A DNA stretch of 63,810 bases, counting the filler, from Choristocarpus tenellus KU-1152 (Eukaryota > Protista > Phaeophyceae): the NCBI GenBank assembly GCA_964200185.2. It is 9 parts of 9 records of this genome, joined end to end, with 100 filler letters (N's around TTAATTAATTAA, not from the genome) between each part and the next. Parts side by side here need not be neighbours in the genome. Positions count along the whole stretch, not along the records: positions 1 to 6,488 come from CAXNAD020008022.1; positions 6,589 to 13,604 come from CAXNAD020006855.1; 7 more parts are not named here. One strand, written 5' to 3'. Below, in pieces: positions 1-13,298 of the stretch. The first letter of the stretch is position 1. Each line of letters starts with the position of its first letter. The notes beneath the pieces are model-generated. The model did not search any database and was not told the DNA's origin. It worked only from the letters and a program-made list of their open reading frames with translations. Made by a program: the position numbers and the translations under genes.

Positions 1-301
1 ACAAGCTCTGGTCATCAGCAATCAGTAAAGAGAAACCACAAGACTGGACAAAAGAAACAATCCCCCTCCCCCCTCCCCTCTATAACAACAAAAACCAAAC
101 TCACAACAAGAACCAAGCCCACAACAGCTAACCAGGAGATAGCACATAAGGACCTACAGCAGTCTATTAATATTAAATCAACCAATAAACTGGTCCCAAA
201 TCTATTCTTTTTCTTGCCAAGACACATCGATAGGACAGGACACACCCTCTCTTCTCTTTTTTTTTTATTATAATGAGTTTTTTGCCACCACCCCCCCCCA
301 T

Positions 302-902
302 TTAGCGTGCTCGCTCTTGCTTCCACCTGTACACAGCAGGGTTTCCATTCTCAGCAGGCTGCACCTTTTGCTTAGTCCCTTTGGCAGTCATCAAAGTCCG
401 CTGCGCCCGGAGGCGAGTCTCTGCAACCTTCATATTCCGAACCTGAAACAATAGAAATAATAAAAATAATTGTCACCGTGGTGGGGACAAAAAAGCCTCT
501 TCAATATATATATATATTATATTATATATATAGCACAATCAGCATTCGGGGGTCTAGGAATGAACACATCCAGCTGAACAGTGTTTGGAGGTGACACACA
601 ATAGAGAGGAGGGGAGCTGAGCCTCAACAAAATTAAAAAAGCAAAATTTGCACGACATCCGACAAAGGCGCTGCTGTGAGAGGTCCGTAGGCATTCTGCA
701 CAGGGAGTGACCAATCACACAAAGGCGTGGGGCGCTCAAAGAGTAAACATGCCTTAGCACATGGCACAACGTAACGTACAACATAGCAACATAGCACAGC
801 CAATTTGGCACAGCCCGCGCCGGACAACCCGTTACGTTCCTCCTTGGCAAGGGTGAAGGGCACAGGGGCGGCTTGTATGTCCCTCCCTCCCTCTCCCTCC
901 CT

Positions 903-939
<37 letters not shown>

Positions 940-3425
940 GATGGTTGAACTTACCCTTTGAAGTCGCTGTGAAAGTTCCTTGTAGGCCATGTCCCTCTTT
1001 TCATATATCTTCTTCAACTGTTTCCCATTGGTTGCTCCTGTCACCTGTGTTGATTGGTGTACACAGGGTTTTTCATAGAGGTAATGAAGGCGGGAGAGAG
1101 TAATCAAGGAGTTGAGTAATCAAGGAGTTGAAAGGGGACGTTGGGGAGGGACATTATCCCATTATGAAAACCACAGGCACAGCTTATCTACCAGAGGAAG
1201 CACTAACTACAGGAGTAAAATCACGACCCAAACATAGGCCTTGGCAAATATTTAGTCTAACCCTAACCCTAACCCTAACCCTAACCCTAACCCTAACATA
1301 CCTACCTAGTAGTGTTGCATGTCAATTGAAATCAATACCCTCCTCATTTACTGTCCTTCGATTTTCAGCACAAGTCTGACCTTCCCCCCATCCCCACCCA
1401 TTCACCGTCCACAAAACGCTCCAGTCCCTTCCCTTTCTATCCATCTTCTCAGCGACACCTGTGTTGTCTCAAGTAAGTTCTTTTTCCTTGGTCTCTTGAA
1501 GGAACTTCCAGCCAGCTCAGGAACCATATCGAAGTGCTTTGTTGCATCAAAACTTCATTCAGGAAACACACACACACACACACACACATAGCATTAGAAA
1601 TATTATTTTATTTAATAGTGCACATTTGGTGAAGGAAAAAACTTACAAATAAATAATATACATACATACATACATACATATATACATAGTTCAGCCAACA
1701 TGCCGCTCGCATAACACAACAGTCTTATCATGACACAACATAGTCTTATCATGACACACGGAAAAAAACACTGTTCAAACAACAGATGATACGGAGCCAA
1801 TCACTACAAGCGCTATCCTCGATAACAGACGTTCCAGTCCAAGTTGACTCGAGCATCTCAAAACCCTCGAAATCACCGTTTCATATCCTACACAATAAAA
1901 CTAGTGGGTTTTCCACTTCAGCCCGTACCACTATCAGACAAACCCTAACCCTAACCCTCAAATACATAGATCCCCCTTCCACTTAGATCCCTAAGCAGTG
2001 ATCCACCTGCGGGCTTCGTCGTGAGACTCAAAAAATATTTTGCGCTTGTTCCGAGGTCCCGCATCAAGGAAGTGAAGAGTCTCCCTTAGCTTGTCCACCT
2101 TGCGCTCCTCCTCAGCACGCTTTGTTGCAACATAACCAAGGTCCTGGGTCTTCATCAACTGTGTGTGTTTGGGGTGGGGCGAGGGGAGGAAAAGAGTAGG
2201 GAGGATTGTGAGGAGTAACCCACGCATTGAGTGAATGCATACCTGTACCTGTGGATTTCACTTCAGAGGGTCCTTTGTGTTCACTGCCTATTAGGCCCAC
2301 TCCATGAGCAGCTTTTCAACCAAAAAAGCTAGGCGGAATGTGCTGCTTTGTGATTTTGTCAAACCTGTGGCGAATTAGTCAATATTCCCCTCCCTGTATT
2401 CATCACAATGTCAAATGTTCATATTGGGACCTCGATTTTTGGACAGATGCGTATATATATATATATACTTACGGATGGGGGGGTGATGAACGGTGATTAA
2501 TGTGAGGCCATACACTTGAAGGCTAGACGAAGAAAGAACAGCGGTGGGTTCCGATCATCTCCTAATCTAACCTGAGAGCTAGCTATACCAACAAAGCAAA
2601 AAAAACTCTATGGACCAAAACGAACAACACGATCACAACACATCGAAATAGTAGGCTTGCATGGAGATTCTGTTCGCCATCTCTTAAACAGGGTTTGGGA
2701 CTTCCCTGTTCTTCTGCTCAGACTCAAACTACAAATAGATGCGCAATGTATTACTCCAATAGTTTACCGCCAAATTGGCAGAGATTTCCCTTTACGACTA
2801 TCACTTCCCGCCCATACCATTCCAACCATCCTCAGTGACTTGGACCTCTTCGTCAGCTGTTAACTCACCTGGATGACGCCGTCGGGGAGGGAATGTCCTC
2901 CCTCTATCTCATGAATACCCTCCTTCGTCTTGGTTTTGTTCATTGCAAAATAGAACTCGTCAGGGTTCTTCATTGCTGCCTTGACCTTCAGTGCCTTCAT
3001 GTGATCCCTTTTTTTGGCATAGTCCCTGGCTCGCAATACTTCATCCAGGGTGAGGTTCCAAACAGTTGCAGATACGTTGGTAAACTAGTACTAGACATAA
3101 AAGGCGAAGATTTCGTCTTCTATCCATAATCTGGCTTTTGAGCGCAAGGGTGTGACTTCAAAACACCTTGAGAGGAGGTGGTACTAGGGACCGCTTCAAG
3201 GGAACCCATATGCATTGGACGAGCATATTCGATATGTATAGGTAGAAAGGACGGAAGGAGGGAAAGGGTCCAGGGGGGCAAGATTTCAATGCTTTTTACA
3301 TGTCCAACCAAAAGAGGCTTACCATAATCCTTGTGCTTCTCCAACAGTCCCAATCTCCTCCTTGCTACAGGTTGAGCCCTTTCTTTATGCTCGACCCGCT
3401 TCACAGCATTACGAAGAGACGACAT
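302..3425 (-). CDS. UTP11: U3 snoRNA-associated protein 11 (SSU processome), complete 6-exon gene, 249 aa
   Basis: Exons 3425-3323, 3038-2869, 2158-2007, 1552-1459, 1044-955 and 442-302 join in frame across GT-AG introns (750 nt). Motifs [39 protein letters not shown] and the C-terminal [10 protein letters not shown] are typical of Utp11. Confidence 0.96.
1257..1297 (+). repeat. Interstitial telomere-like (CCCTAA)6 tract inside a UTP11 intron
   Basis: Perfect CCCTAA tandem. Shorter tracts occur near 1941, 25931, 26283 and 63396. Confidence 0.9.
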
Positions 3426-3852
3426 GCTGCACTATGGCTTCCCACGATGATACAGCAGTCACTAAAGAAGGTTTAGGGTGTCCTTCCAATAGGTGTTGTC
3501 CTTAATCTCTATGATACCCTCTTTATCCATCAATTTAGAGATTATACCCTCTGTCTTCTTGCGCGCATACATCGAGCGCACGAAAAGATAGAATTATATA
3601 TTGTTTTGAAATAGATTTATGAGGAACTTAAAGATATATCCCTATATTTTAGACTAATAGTAACAAGATGTTGTTCTCTTCATAATTTCGCTGGTTCAAA
3701 CCCCATCATATATATCTGCTTCTGTATTGTATGTATACCTTGTACCTGTAGAACTCCACTTTTCTTTTGCTCACGAATTCTGGATTATTATTATTTTGTT
3801 CTATGTTTGCATTCCTCCCTATTCCCTTTCCTCCCCACATTCTCTCAACCCT

Positions 3853-4180
3853 TCTGACCAACCAGTGCAACCTCTTCGCCACTGATTTCCAGCCACCATC
3901 CACCTCTGATGACCAACCAGGGCGAACCTCTTCGCCACTGATTTCCAGCCACCGTCCACCTCTGATGACCAACCAGGGTGAACCCCCTTCGCCCCTGATT
4001 TCCAGATAATCCCCACATCTGATGACCAACCAGCGTGACCCCTTTCACCACTGATTTCTGGTCACCCCCCATATCCAATGACCAGCCAATGCAACCCTTT
4101 CGCCACTGATTCTTAGTCACACCCCTTATCTGATGACCAACCATTGCGACCCTTTTCACCACTGATTTCTGGTCACTACC
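3853..4180 (+). repeat. Minisatellite, about 56-bp unit, 6 diverged copies
   Basis: CTGATGACCAACCA...TTCGCCACTGATTTC recurs at about 3853, 3906, 3962, 4019, 4074 and 4130. Confidence 0.9.
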
Positions 4181-6488
4181 ACACCCTTCTACCCCACTCA
4201 ACCCCCCACCAGTTACCACTCCACTCAACATCACTCCACAATCATCCAAGAACATCCCTTCATCATCCCCTTCATACCGTGTCTTTGAGCTCGAAGACAT
4301 TTACCCCGCCCAAACTTGACCTCCCCTCCCACCCATAGATCCAAGTCAGTTGTGAGCGAGTGATAGGCCGGGTGGGCAGGAAAGCTTGCTCGGGGGTTGT
4401 CTTGATCTATCCCTCCTCGTCCTGCCACCCCAGCCTCAGGTTTACTCTTCTATTTTCAATACTGTCCAATTCCTTCTCCACTCCTGCCTTTGCCTGCCGC
4501 CCATTTTCTTAACTTCTCCCCTCTCTCTCTCAAACACTCAGTATTTAGCCCTTCGTTCCCTTCTTGCAAATTTTTTTTTCTTTCCCTGTCCCCTCCCTTC
4601 CCTTGTGCCCCCAACCAACCAGAATTCTTCCGCCCACAAAACTCAGATTACTTCATGAACTTTCCCATCCCATCTGTCCATATTCTTATATCACAAGTTA
4701 GTCACTTAACTCTATCGAGCTTCTGATTAGAGGCACCACACACAACTACAATAATTACTGAACAAATAATATGTAAGCATGTGTTACAGCACGTCCCAGA
4801 ACCCACCTCCACAGGATATGCAACTCAAATCCAACGACCTTTAAATGACGCTACGCGGGGGGCCACAGATGATGACCACGTATGGTGTCAGTTGATGGTT
4901 AGCTCAGTCGATGTCTCGCTTTTCACTTTATCAAAAGAGGGTCGTGTGATCACCAACTCAGCCTTTTATTAACAACATTCACCGTTTTTCTACAACCAAA
5001 GAGTTAAATGAAGTCTGCAAACTGCTGCGTAAATACTCCAATCATAAATCTTTACTCTGCAACTTTCAGGAATTGACATCTATTCTGTAAGATTATGTAT
5101 GCATTTCGAATCTTAATCTGCATCTTCTATCAATTCAAAGTTCCTCTTGTATTAATTCTTACGTGTATGTATACTGTTGGCGCGTTTTGGCACGCAGAAA
5201 GAAATGCTCGCGCTATTCGCCTGTAGCAAATGTGCTCTACAAACTTTTGTAATTTTTCCTGAAATCAAATATGTAACAATTTACGTGGTGAAAGCTGAGG
5301 AACAATGGCCATCTAATGGTATTGCTCGAAGAACGGATTTCGATAAGTTCCACATGACGCTGGGGGGATGGATGGATGGATGGATGGATGACTTGATACA
5401 AGGTATGAAAATATTAAAGGTTTTCTTAGTGTTGTTTGAATGGGGTGGGCAAGACAGCGATACTGTAAGGTTTTATATGAGGAAGCATGTACTGTCAGAT
5501 AGTGTATGTTATACTTTAGGGGACTGGACCTCCTGGCCTTGTTGTTAGGTGATGACTAGGCCGCTTAAGATTTGAAGCATACTAGTGATTTCACCTCATG
5601 CGGGCTCATTTTTTATCTCAATCTTAGCACAGGCTGCCATGTCCCCATCCATCTCTTCGTCCACATCCTCCTCCTGCTCTTCGTCATTCTCTCCTTCATC
5701 CTCCATAATCTATATCACGCAGCAGATGATATCCTCAATCCCAGGGGGAGAAATGACGTTCTTCTCTTTTGGCTAGCACATTTCGTCCTCCTCGGTCGTC
5801 TTCAGCTTCAACTTCTTCATCCGTAAACATTTCTTTGGTAACTTCACCCAAGGCTAGCAACTCGGGCCTTTGCCTTCTTCCTCTTTCTCGGATCCTGACC
5901 CTTGCCCACATCCTTTCCGAGCTTGTACATCCCCATGATCCAGGCTGTCGTCAAGTCCTCCGAGTCTTAATTTTGATAAGCCTATGCGGGATCATACATA
6001 TGCCTCGAACGGCTCTGAAACACGTGGATCTGAGACCGTTGGGCGCCGCGCACAGTTCCCACATACCACGTGGAAGAATGAGCTGCTTCGTTTGACGTCA
6101 TCAGGTTGAGTTTATTCCCAAACCCACAGGTCAATCCCGAAACCGATATCTCAACTATGAAAAATCTAGGGACTATCCTGCAGATGAAAAATGTACCTGA
6201 GGAACGCCAGGATCCCTGCTCTCTTCTTTCCGTACACCACTCATTGTCAATAGATTATGGGGACGGACTTCTGCTTCACCATAGTCCACCCTGTTGCAAA
6301 GTATTGAGAACCCCGATTGTGATACCCCTGTGCAAGATAACCTAAATTTTGCGAACGACTTGCAAATCTGAGGGAGTGGTAGCCTGTGGACAGTTTCCAG
6401 CTACCACATGGAAGGATACATTGCTTCATTTGACACAATCAGGTTGAAAATATTCTTAACTTGATCAGGGTCAAAGTATCTTGGGGGG

Positions 6489-6588
6489 NNNNNNNNNNNN
6501 NNNNNNNNNNNNNNNNNNNNNNNNNNNNNNNNTTAATTAATTAANNNNNNNNNNNNNNNNNNNNNNNNNNNNNNNNNNNNNNNNNNNN
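6489..6588. other. Artificial contig linker N44-TTAATTAATTAA-N44 (also 13605-13704, 20393-20492, 26715-26814, 35190-35289, 44896-44995, 48295-48394, 59208-59307)
   Basis: An identical 100-nt spacer with stop codons in all six frames occurs eight times. Confidence 0.98.
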
Positions 6589-6635
6589 CCTTCTCTCCCC
6601 CCCTCCGCGCCCCTGGTTTCTTAGGTATGTAATGT

Positions 6636-6669
<34 letters not shown>

Positions 6670-9600
6670 GAGGGACTTGCATTGCACTTATTTTTCTATT
6701 ATGATGAGAATCCTCTTTATCATGAAGTATTGCAAGCAGCTCAAGGGTGCACGCCCCTTAATGAATGAGTAACAAATGCATTATATCGTTTGTAGTACTA
6801 GCAAAGGTGACGATGTGTAGATGTGTAAACTCACTAAAAAAAAAGTTGCCAATCAGTGGAAGGATAAAGTCGTTGTTGGCTTAAGTGTCATTAAGTCCTA
6901 GAGGGTCGTGCTCACCAACCAGATATTGTATCAAATACCACATGCAAGGCCTCTCCATTTTGACCCGCATTAGAGTTGTGGTTGACGGACTGCTGACATT
7001 GAAATGTTCAGCAGAGCCCACTCTTCATGAAGAATCCGATGGTAACCGCTCCCCTGCCCCCCATTCGAATTCGTCGTGAGGGAGGGTATCACTTAGGAAG
7101 TGAAAAAAACAGGACCATTGCTGTTCTGAATGGTGTTTAGAAATGGGAAATTTTCCGCTCGAAATTGTAAGGGGTCTTATTCTCATCGAGATACCCCTTC
7201 TCAATTTCGTAAGTCACCGACCGTCTTGTAGAGTGAAAGTATCCTATTGAGTGGGGGTGGGGGGGGGGGCTGTAGTGCGATGCAGTGTGTATGTTTTTGA
7301 AACGGTAACACATTTTTAATTGAATCTTTTTCAGAATGGTGTAGAAACGGCACAAAATAGAGAAGAAAGTGAAGAGAAGAGAATGCTCTGGCCAATCATA
7401 GGGTGCAACAAACGGATCTGACCAGTCATAATAGGGCAACCTGGTACGCATGGAAGAATCTCACAAAGAATTTTATGATTTGTTATTATAATAATGAGAA
7501 ATTGCAAGCAAAGAAAATTGGCATGTCTTTTCATCCATGTCCCAAATGTTTGTGGGTAGCGTCATTTCTCTACAAGGTTCAAGAGTTTGTCGGGCCAGCT
7601 TTCATTCTACTCTTGTTAGAAAAAAATTCAAGCACTGAAACAGCGTAAAAGATGACGCACTAAAACAAGTCTAACAACACTTCATTCTCCACTTAAACAC
7701 TACCCTCACAATTTACTTTAATGTAAATTTTTGTAAGGAGATTTCCATTTTCAAATCCATTTAGTTGCAGTGCTCTTGTTGCCATGTTGCATCACTCACC
7801 TAAGCGACCAACCAGGACCAGGCCAGCCCCTTTCAGCGCATCTATTTCAATCATCCGTCACATACCAATGTCAACGCTGTGATGATGTAAGGTGTTTCAC
7901 ACGCAAAAAAAAAAAGTCCTGCGTGCAAACTGTTTGCATGTGTGTATGTGACCAGCCCAGCATGGGTCAACGGCACTGGGTTTGACGACTACCCAATGCA
8001 TAGAGAAAAGAAAATATGTTGAAAGAAATTACCCATAGGTAAGGTCCCCCATCCCATGTGCATCCGCCTATTTTGTGTAATGCAAAGTTCAAATCAATGA
8101 ATAAGCGTATCTCTGTACTACATAGTACTTATTCATCGCACGTTTCACATTCTTCCATAAATCGTCGAGACGAATGGACTAAATATTGTTTGACCAATCA
8201 AAATCCCCTTAAGAGTGCACAACCTGCCTCGACCTTAGTCAACACACAATACCAAATAATCGCTTCACGTTTACCAACATACACACCAGTGTATGGCGAA
8301 GTCTTCTGGCGACAAAAGGCAGCAGTCGTGCAATCAACCAAACTTCCAAAAAGGAGGAAAACCACCCTGTCTCGCTACAAATGCAATGCAACAGGCGGTG
8401 AGCGTGTTATGGAACAAACAGCAATTCAACAAGTCACCCACCCGCACGATACAAACCATCAAGAACTCACACAAAAAGAAGGACACAATACTAAGCCTAC
8501 AAATGGTTTTGTACTACGAAGTGTGCACTCCTATTAATATTGAGGGCGTACCACCCATAACAGCACAAAAGTATCAAGCCCATACCTGGCATATATGTTG
8601 TGTGAGTTATCCCTAATACTTTCACATTTTGAAGTAAATAGCTCGAAGATTTCCATCAGTATGTGTGATCTAGAGTACATTAGAGCTCACATGCATCATA
8701 ATAATCTGCCTTGTATTATAGAGCGCTTACCTTTGTGCTCTCAAATCACTATTGCAAATCTCTACTGTAGAGCAACAAGGTGAGTTGTACACCAGTTCAT
8801 GTAGCAAAAGTCCATGGGGATCAACTCTAGAGTATACCCTGTAGAGAGCAACATGTCCATACACATACACACACATGTACATATACACACACATATACAC
8901 ATACACACACATATACACATACACACACATATGCACATACGCACACATAAGTGCACTGCAAAAAAACAATGTCCACAAGCAAATCTTAAGGTACCAAGGG
9001 TCAAAAGACAATATGTAGCCCGTGTGTATATACATCCTTGCTCACCCATTCATCCAACAGCTACCCACCCACCTCATCCCAATACCACCATTACTTCATT
9101 TCCACTTCAAAGATCTCACCTACTTGTGGGATGGAGTAAATTTGGTCTGGTTGAAGACTGAAAACCCTACAAAATAGTCCACGACCCACTCAATACAATT
9201 AAAATGACCATATTGGCAGTCGGCATTTCCAGGATGGCCGGGAGATCCCAAACAGTGGCAGGTTCGAGTCTATTTTGTCTGGCGCACTGTAAATTGAAAA
9301 TCACAACAGTCCTCCTCTCGATTCCCTGAAAACTGAACAGCACACCTCACCTAGTCCAGCCAGTGAATTGGGTACAATTGCAACTCCATCCCACACCCCA
9401 TCCACACAGTAATTCTTGTCCTTTGCAGTCTGTCTCACAGATAGTAGTCACAAGGAAATATGTATCGATTTTATTGTTATGCGGGATAGGCACTGGTCCC
9501 AAAATCCTTCTAATTCTCAGAAGACCAAGTCAGTCGCGGGCACCCTGCAGTCAAGTGCATCACGCCATCAGCACACACCAGCTACCTTCTAAGGATCGAT

Positions 9601-9691
9601 CATAGATGCGTCTGGATCTGTCTCTTGTCTCAGCTCGTGGATGCGTAGCAGCCTACAGGACTCCTTAAGGGATCCTATCTCATTGGCAAGA

Positions 9692-11535
9692 CTAACTGGT
9701 CATTGGGATTGCAGATGCCACAGGATGTGACGTTTCAGAAGCTTTACTTCCTGGCGTTTCAACGTCCGTCAACGCACTTTGTTTACTGAGACTCAGCCTC
9801 TCCTCCAGCCTATCCTCTATTCCAGCTCTCCCACCTAGCCTGTGTGCAAGCTGGAGTGCATCATCCCCATCATACAATTTTGCCTGTGTGATCATTTCGT
9901 GTGGGAGCATTGTCAGTTGGGAGTCTGGCAGTGCCAAGGGATGCAAGTCAATTGGTTTTGTCCACCGCTCTCGCTTGTGAAATACATGGGGCACGGAAGT
10001 AGTGGAGTGTATACGTGCAAACCACTCGCCATGACTGGAAACTCACAAAGGGAAGTTCAGCATTGAACGAATCATCCAGTCTGTTGCCACAGACCTCACC
10101 AGCAAAAAGGAGAGCGAGCTCAAGGGTTCACTGAAAGGCCATGTGAGTGGCACAGCATTCACTCTCGAGAGTTCCTACCACCAAAGACTACCACTTCCAC
10201 TACCGGATGAATCGACTCACAGGAACTTACTTCAGCCAGAGGGTTTGCCCCAGCCTTGAGCAGGATCCCAACAACCTCTTCAAAGCCTCCCTCCACAGCT
10301 CTGAGGAGGGGGGTCATGCCTGTCCGCGAACATGGGGCATCCACTATTCCCTCAACAGACTCCTTCTCAAACAATGCTCCCACTCCATCCGCATCCCCTT
10401 CCCCAACCAAAGCATGGAGCTTGACAGCCATAGAAGGTATTCCTCCTCTGTCCACGTTGGATCCAAGCATGCTGCTACCACCAAAAGTAGTGCCAAAGAC
10501 CCTGTGTGAGTGGCAGCATTATATTTCGAAAGGTGTCACACCTTGGGCTTGATATGAGAGGCAGAAAAAGTGGAGGGGATAAGTTGAAGTAGCGATGCCA
10601 TATTCCATTGATGCCGTTTATCCTGAGCCAGCACATAGGTACGAAAAGAGGAGGCTTTGAGGTTTGTCAACGCAAGGTGATAAAGCTTTCTTGGCTCGTC
10701 TTGGTCACCCCAACCCATCATGTCTAACTGATATTTGCAATCAACCCTTTACCATGACATATCAGACTGCTGCAATTAAAGACAAATCATTGCGAGACAG
10801 TTATTGTGTGTTCTCAGCTTTTGAGGGCACACACACTAACACCATTGCATTGGAAATCATTTATGTGGAAGATAGCATCCCCTTTACATACCAGCACACA
10901 AACCCTCACATGATAAGGTATGGGTACTGTGAGTGTCGATCAGAGAACTTTAACTTCGATATGCCTATCATCGTAACAAACCAGAGTCCAGACTAAAAAA
11001 AAGAAACTAAGGAATGCTGCCACATATTTTACCTTTCAAAATCATCGTCCGTGAGTACGGCAACCGCACGACAAGTATCCCTCAACCCCATAAACCATTG
11101 CTCCAACCTACGGTGCTGGTCGTAGTTTAGCCCCACGAGGCCAGTATCAAGTAGCTGGGCCTCAGCAGAACTAGAACTCGAATCAGACGAGTTGTTTTCA
11201 CCTCCCAATCCCAGAAAACGACTGGCGTCATGCCCCAGTAAGTGGGACAGATTTCCATCAGGACCAAAAGCAGACTCAGACGAGACATCAAATACCACCC
11301 CCTTGATCGACAAGAGTCGGGCACTCGTTGTTTCCCCTCCATGTTGAGCTAATACAGCCAGAGGCATACGTGGCAGACTCGAAATCAACTCCAGGGCACC
11401 CTTGTCATCACCACCGAACCCAAGGGGGCAGATTCCACGTGATGTACTAAAGCCAAGCGGGCATTTTTGCAGCTCTTTGCCCTCATTGGTATTCGCCTGC
11501 ATTTTACTTTCTCGCTGAAAGGGACACCTTGACAT
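9692..11535 (-). CDS. Cytochrome b5-like heme/steroid-binding (MAPR) domain + ankyrin-repeat protein, 3 exons, 321 aa
   Basis: Exons 11535-11033, 10501-10231 and 9883-9692 join in frame (966 nt). MAPR signature LLSIKGVVFDVS..FGPDG....LLGHDASR...L..W. Ankyrin motifs LHALVGEGD, TGMTPLLRAVEGGFEEVVGILLKAGANP and GDDALQLAHRLG. N-terminal CPF, CPLGF, CPLGF. Confidence 0.88.
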
Positions 11536-12569
11536 GTTAGACCTGTCTGCTGAAGACAGGATTGCCGTAACTTTGTGAATCTTCGGGTCTTTGCAACCTC
11601 AAACATGCAGCATCAACACACTTCATGTGCAATATAGGCTGATAGTCTATATAGTTTATACGTGTTTAATGAACATTACTGGACAATACTAACATTGGCT
11701 AAGTGGAACAAGTGTCACTGACTTGAATTCGTGTGCGTAAAGTAGTGAGGTCGAATCTCAGATGGACGATTTCTTATTACTTGATATAAATGGACGATGG
11801 AGGAGTTCTGATATAGTACTACCTACACAGGATAGAAGTGACACTGTACGATGCAACGGCGGGACACGTTCTGATGTGTTAGCCGATGAGCCAGCTGATA
11901 TATGGAATAAACAATAAGATAATAAGAGAGAGCACCCCCCTACTACCACCGAGGGCTGTGCTCTCACTCCACAAATAAACATATCCATACCACACAGAGG
12001 CAAAATAATCTGCTTGAGTAGTTCTCTATTGCATACTTTTCACCCTAAGTACAATAATCTGGAGTTCAACATTTCGTCCCGTATTCCTTATTTTTCGTCC
12101 CGTCTCTCACGATAGAGGTTTGACTCTCTCATGTTGGAAAACAGAACCAGAAAGCAGACAACACGCCAAGGTGGTTCTTCTCGTCTGACTTTTACAGAGG
12201 GGTAGAGGGTATGGTCACATGTGCGGCTGGCTCTTACCCATTATTTCATTAAAATGTTTCGCTTCGGTTCGCGATCGTTTATGTGAACATAGCTCCACGA
12301 TCCTCCTTCTTGTACCAGCTCAAGCATACCTAACGAGGATCAGTCAAAGCTACTACTGTGGACAGCTGCACACTGCGTAACATAATGCTTGGATAGTAAG
12401 ATGTGCACTGCTGGATGAGAGATAAACATGCCTCAGAGGAAACTGTTCGGGAGTAGTACTGGACCTGGGACACAACCTTCATAACAACCAGAGTGTGAAT
12501 CGTATGGTAAGTTTGTGTGCTTCGCATGCACGAGTTCGAATCTCATTGGCGTCGTCGCCAATAATATGA

Positions 12570-12749
12570 ATCGTGTGATTCTGTGGCGGCGTGTTTCCCT
12601 CAGACAAGGAGGGTGGCGAAGAGAATCACCAGACAAGACGGACCAGACGAACTGTAACCGAGAGGACGAGGTTATGGTTGCACAAGTGCAGGACTGAAAG
12701 GACTTGCAGGGAAAAGCGGGGGAACTGAGGAAGTGGGGAGAATCACGAT
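12570..12749. mobile_element. About 180-bp MITE-like dispersed repeat (other copies at about 14409-14575 and truncated 13541-13604)
   Basis: Shared core GTGATTCTGTGGCGGCGTG...GGGTGG.GAAGAGAATCAC. Short terminal inverted repeats ATCGTG..ATTCT / AGAATCACGAT. Confidence 0.6.
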
Positions 12750-12918
12750 CTGGATAGAGATGGGAGATCCGCCTTCTTCGGAGAAACGTGCTCTTAAAGA
12801 GACATTGATTGCGGGAAGACACGGAAATCTATCACTCCGAATATTTTTATTATTATATGCCCTCTGACATTTTGTAGATGTGTCGTCAGGGGATAAACCA
12901 ATGAAACTATATACATTG

Positions 12919-13298
12919 CCCCCCCCTCGGGGCACAGGAGTAGGTAGATGGGAAGCACAGGAAGACAGTAGTACAATATTGATAGTGAAGTAACTGATAG
13001 ATTAGTGGTTTTCACACTTACAGTACTTTATAGTGTTTTCACGTTTAGGATATTTCATTTCTTTAGGGCTTATTATACTGACAAATATATGTATAGTTTT
13101 CATTTGTTTTCCCCCTGACACATCTGCAAAATATCTAAGGGCATGATAATAAAATATATAAATTGTCGGTATAAGCCCTAAAGAAATAAAATGTCATAAA
13201 TGTGAAAAACACTAATCTTTTTGTTACTTCACCGCTATCTATGTTGTACTACGGTCTCCCTGTATGTCTTCAATCTACCTATGCCTGTACCCCGGGGG
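12919..13298. mobile_element. Fold-back / long-TIR non-autonomous element
   Basis: 12919-13088 is an imperfect reverse complement of 13160-13298 (CCCC..GGGG.ACAGG..TAGGTAGAT...GTAGTACAA...GTGAAGTAAC...TTTCTTTAGGGCTTAT). A fragment recurs at 58575-58670. Confidence 0.7.

Noticed and set aside
2483-2575. GTGATGA...CTGA pair in a UTP11 intron
   Set aside because: It lies on the strand opposite the host transcript and has no terminal stem.
3853-4180. CRISPR-like periodicity (also 58010-58250)
   Set aside because: The variable segments are homologous to one another, there are no cas genes and the context is eukaryotic. These are ordinary minisatellites.
6533-6544. Palindromic TTAATTAATTAA repeated eight times
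   Set aside because: Always centred in 44+44 Ns. It is an artificial six-frame-stop linker, so neighbourhoods across it are not biological.
8727-9161. Cys/Val/Met- or His/Thr-rich ORFs
   Set aside because: They are translations of a CA/TA microsatellite.
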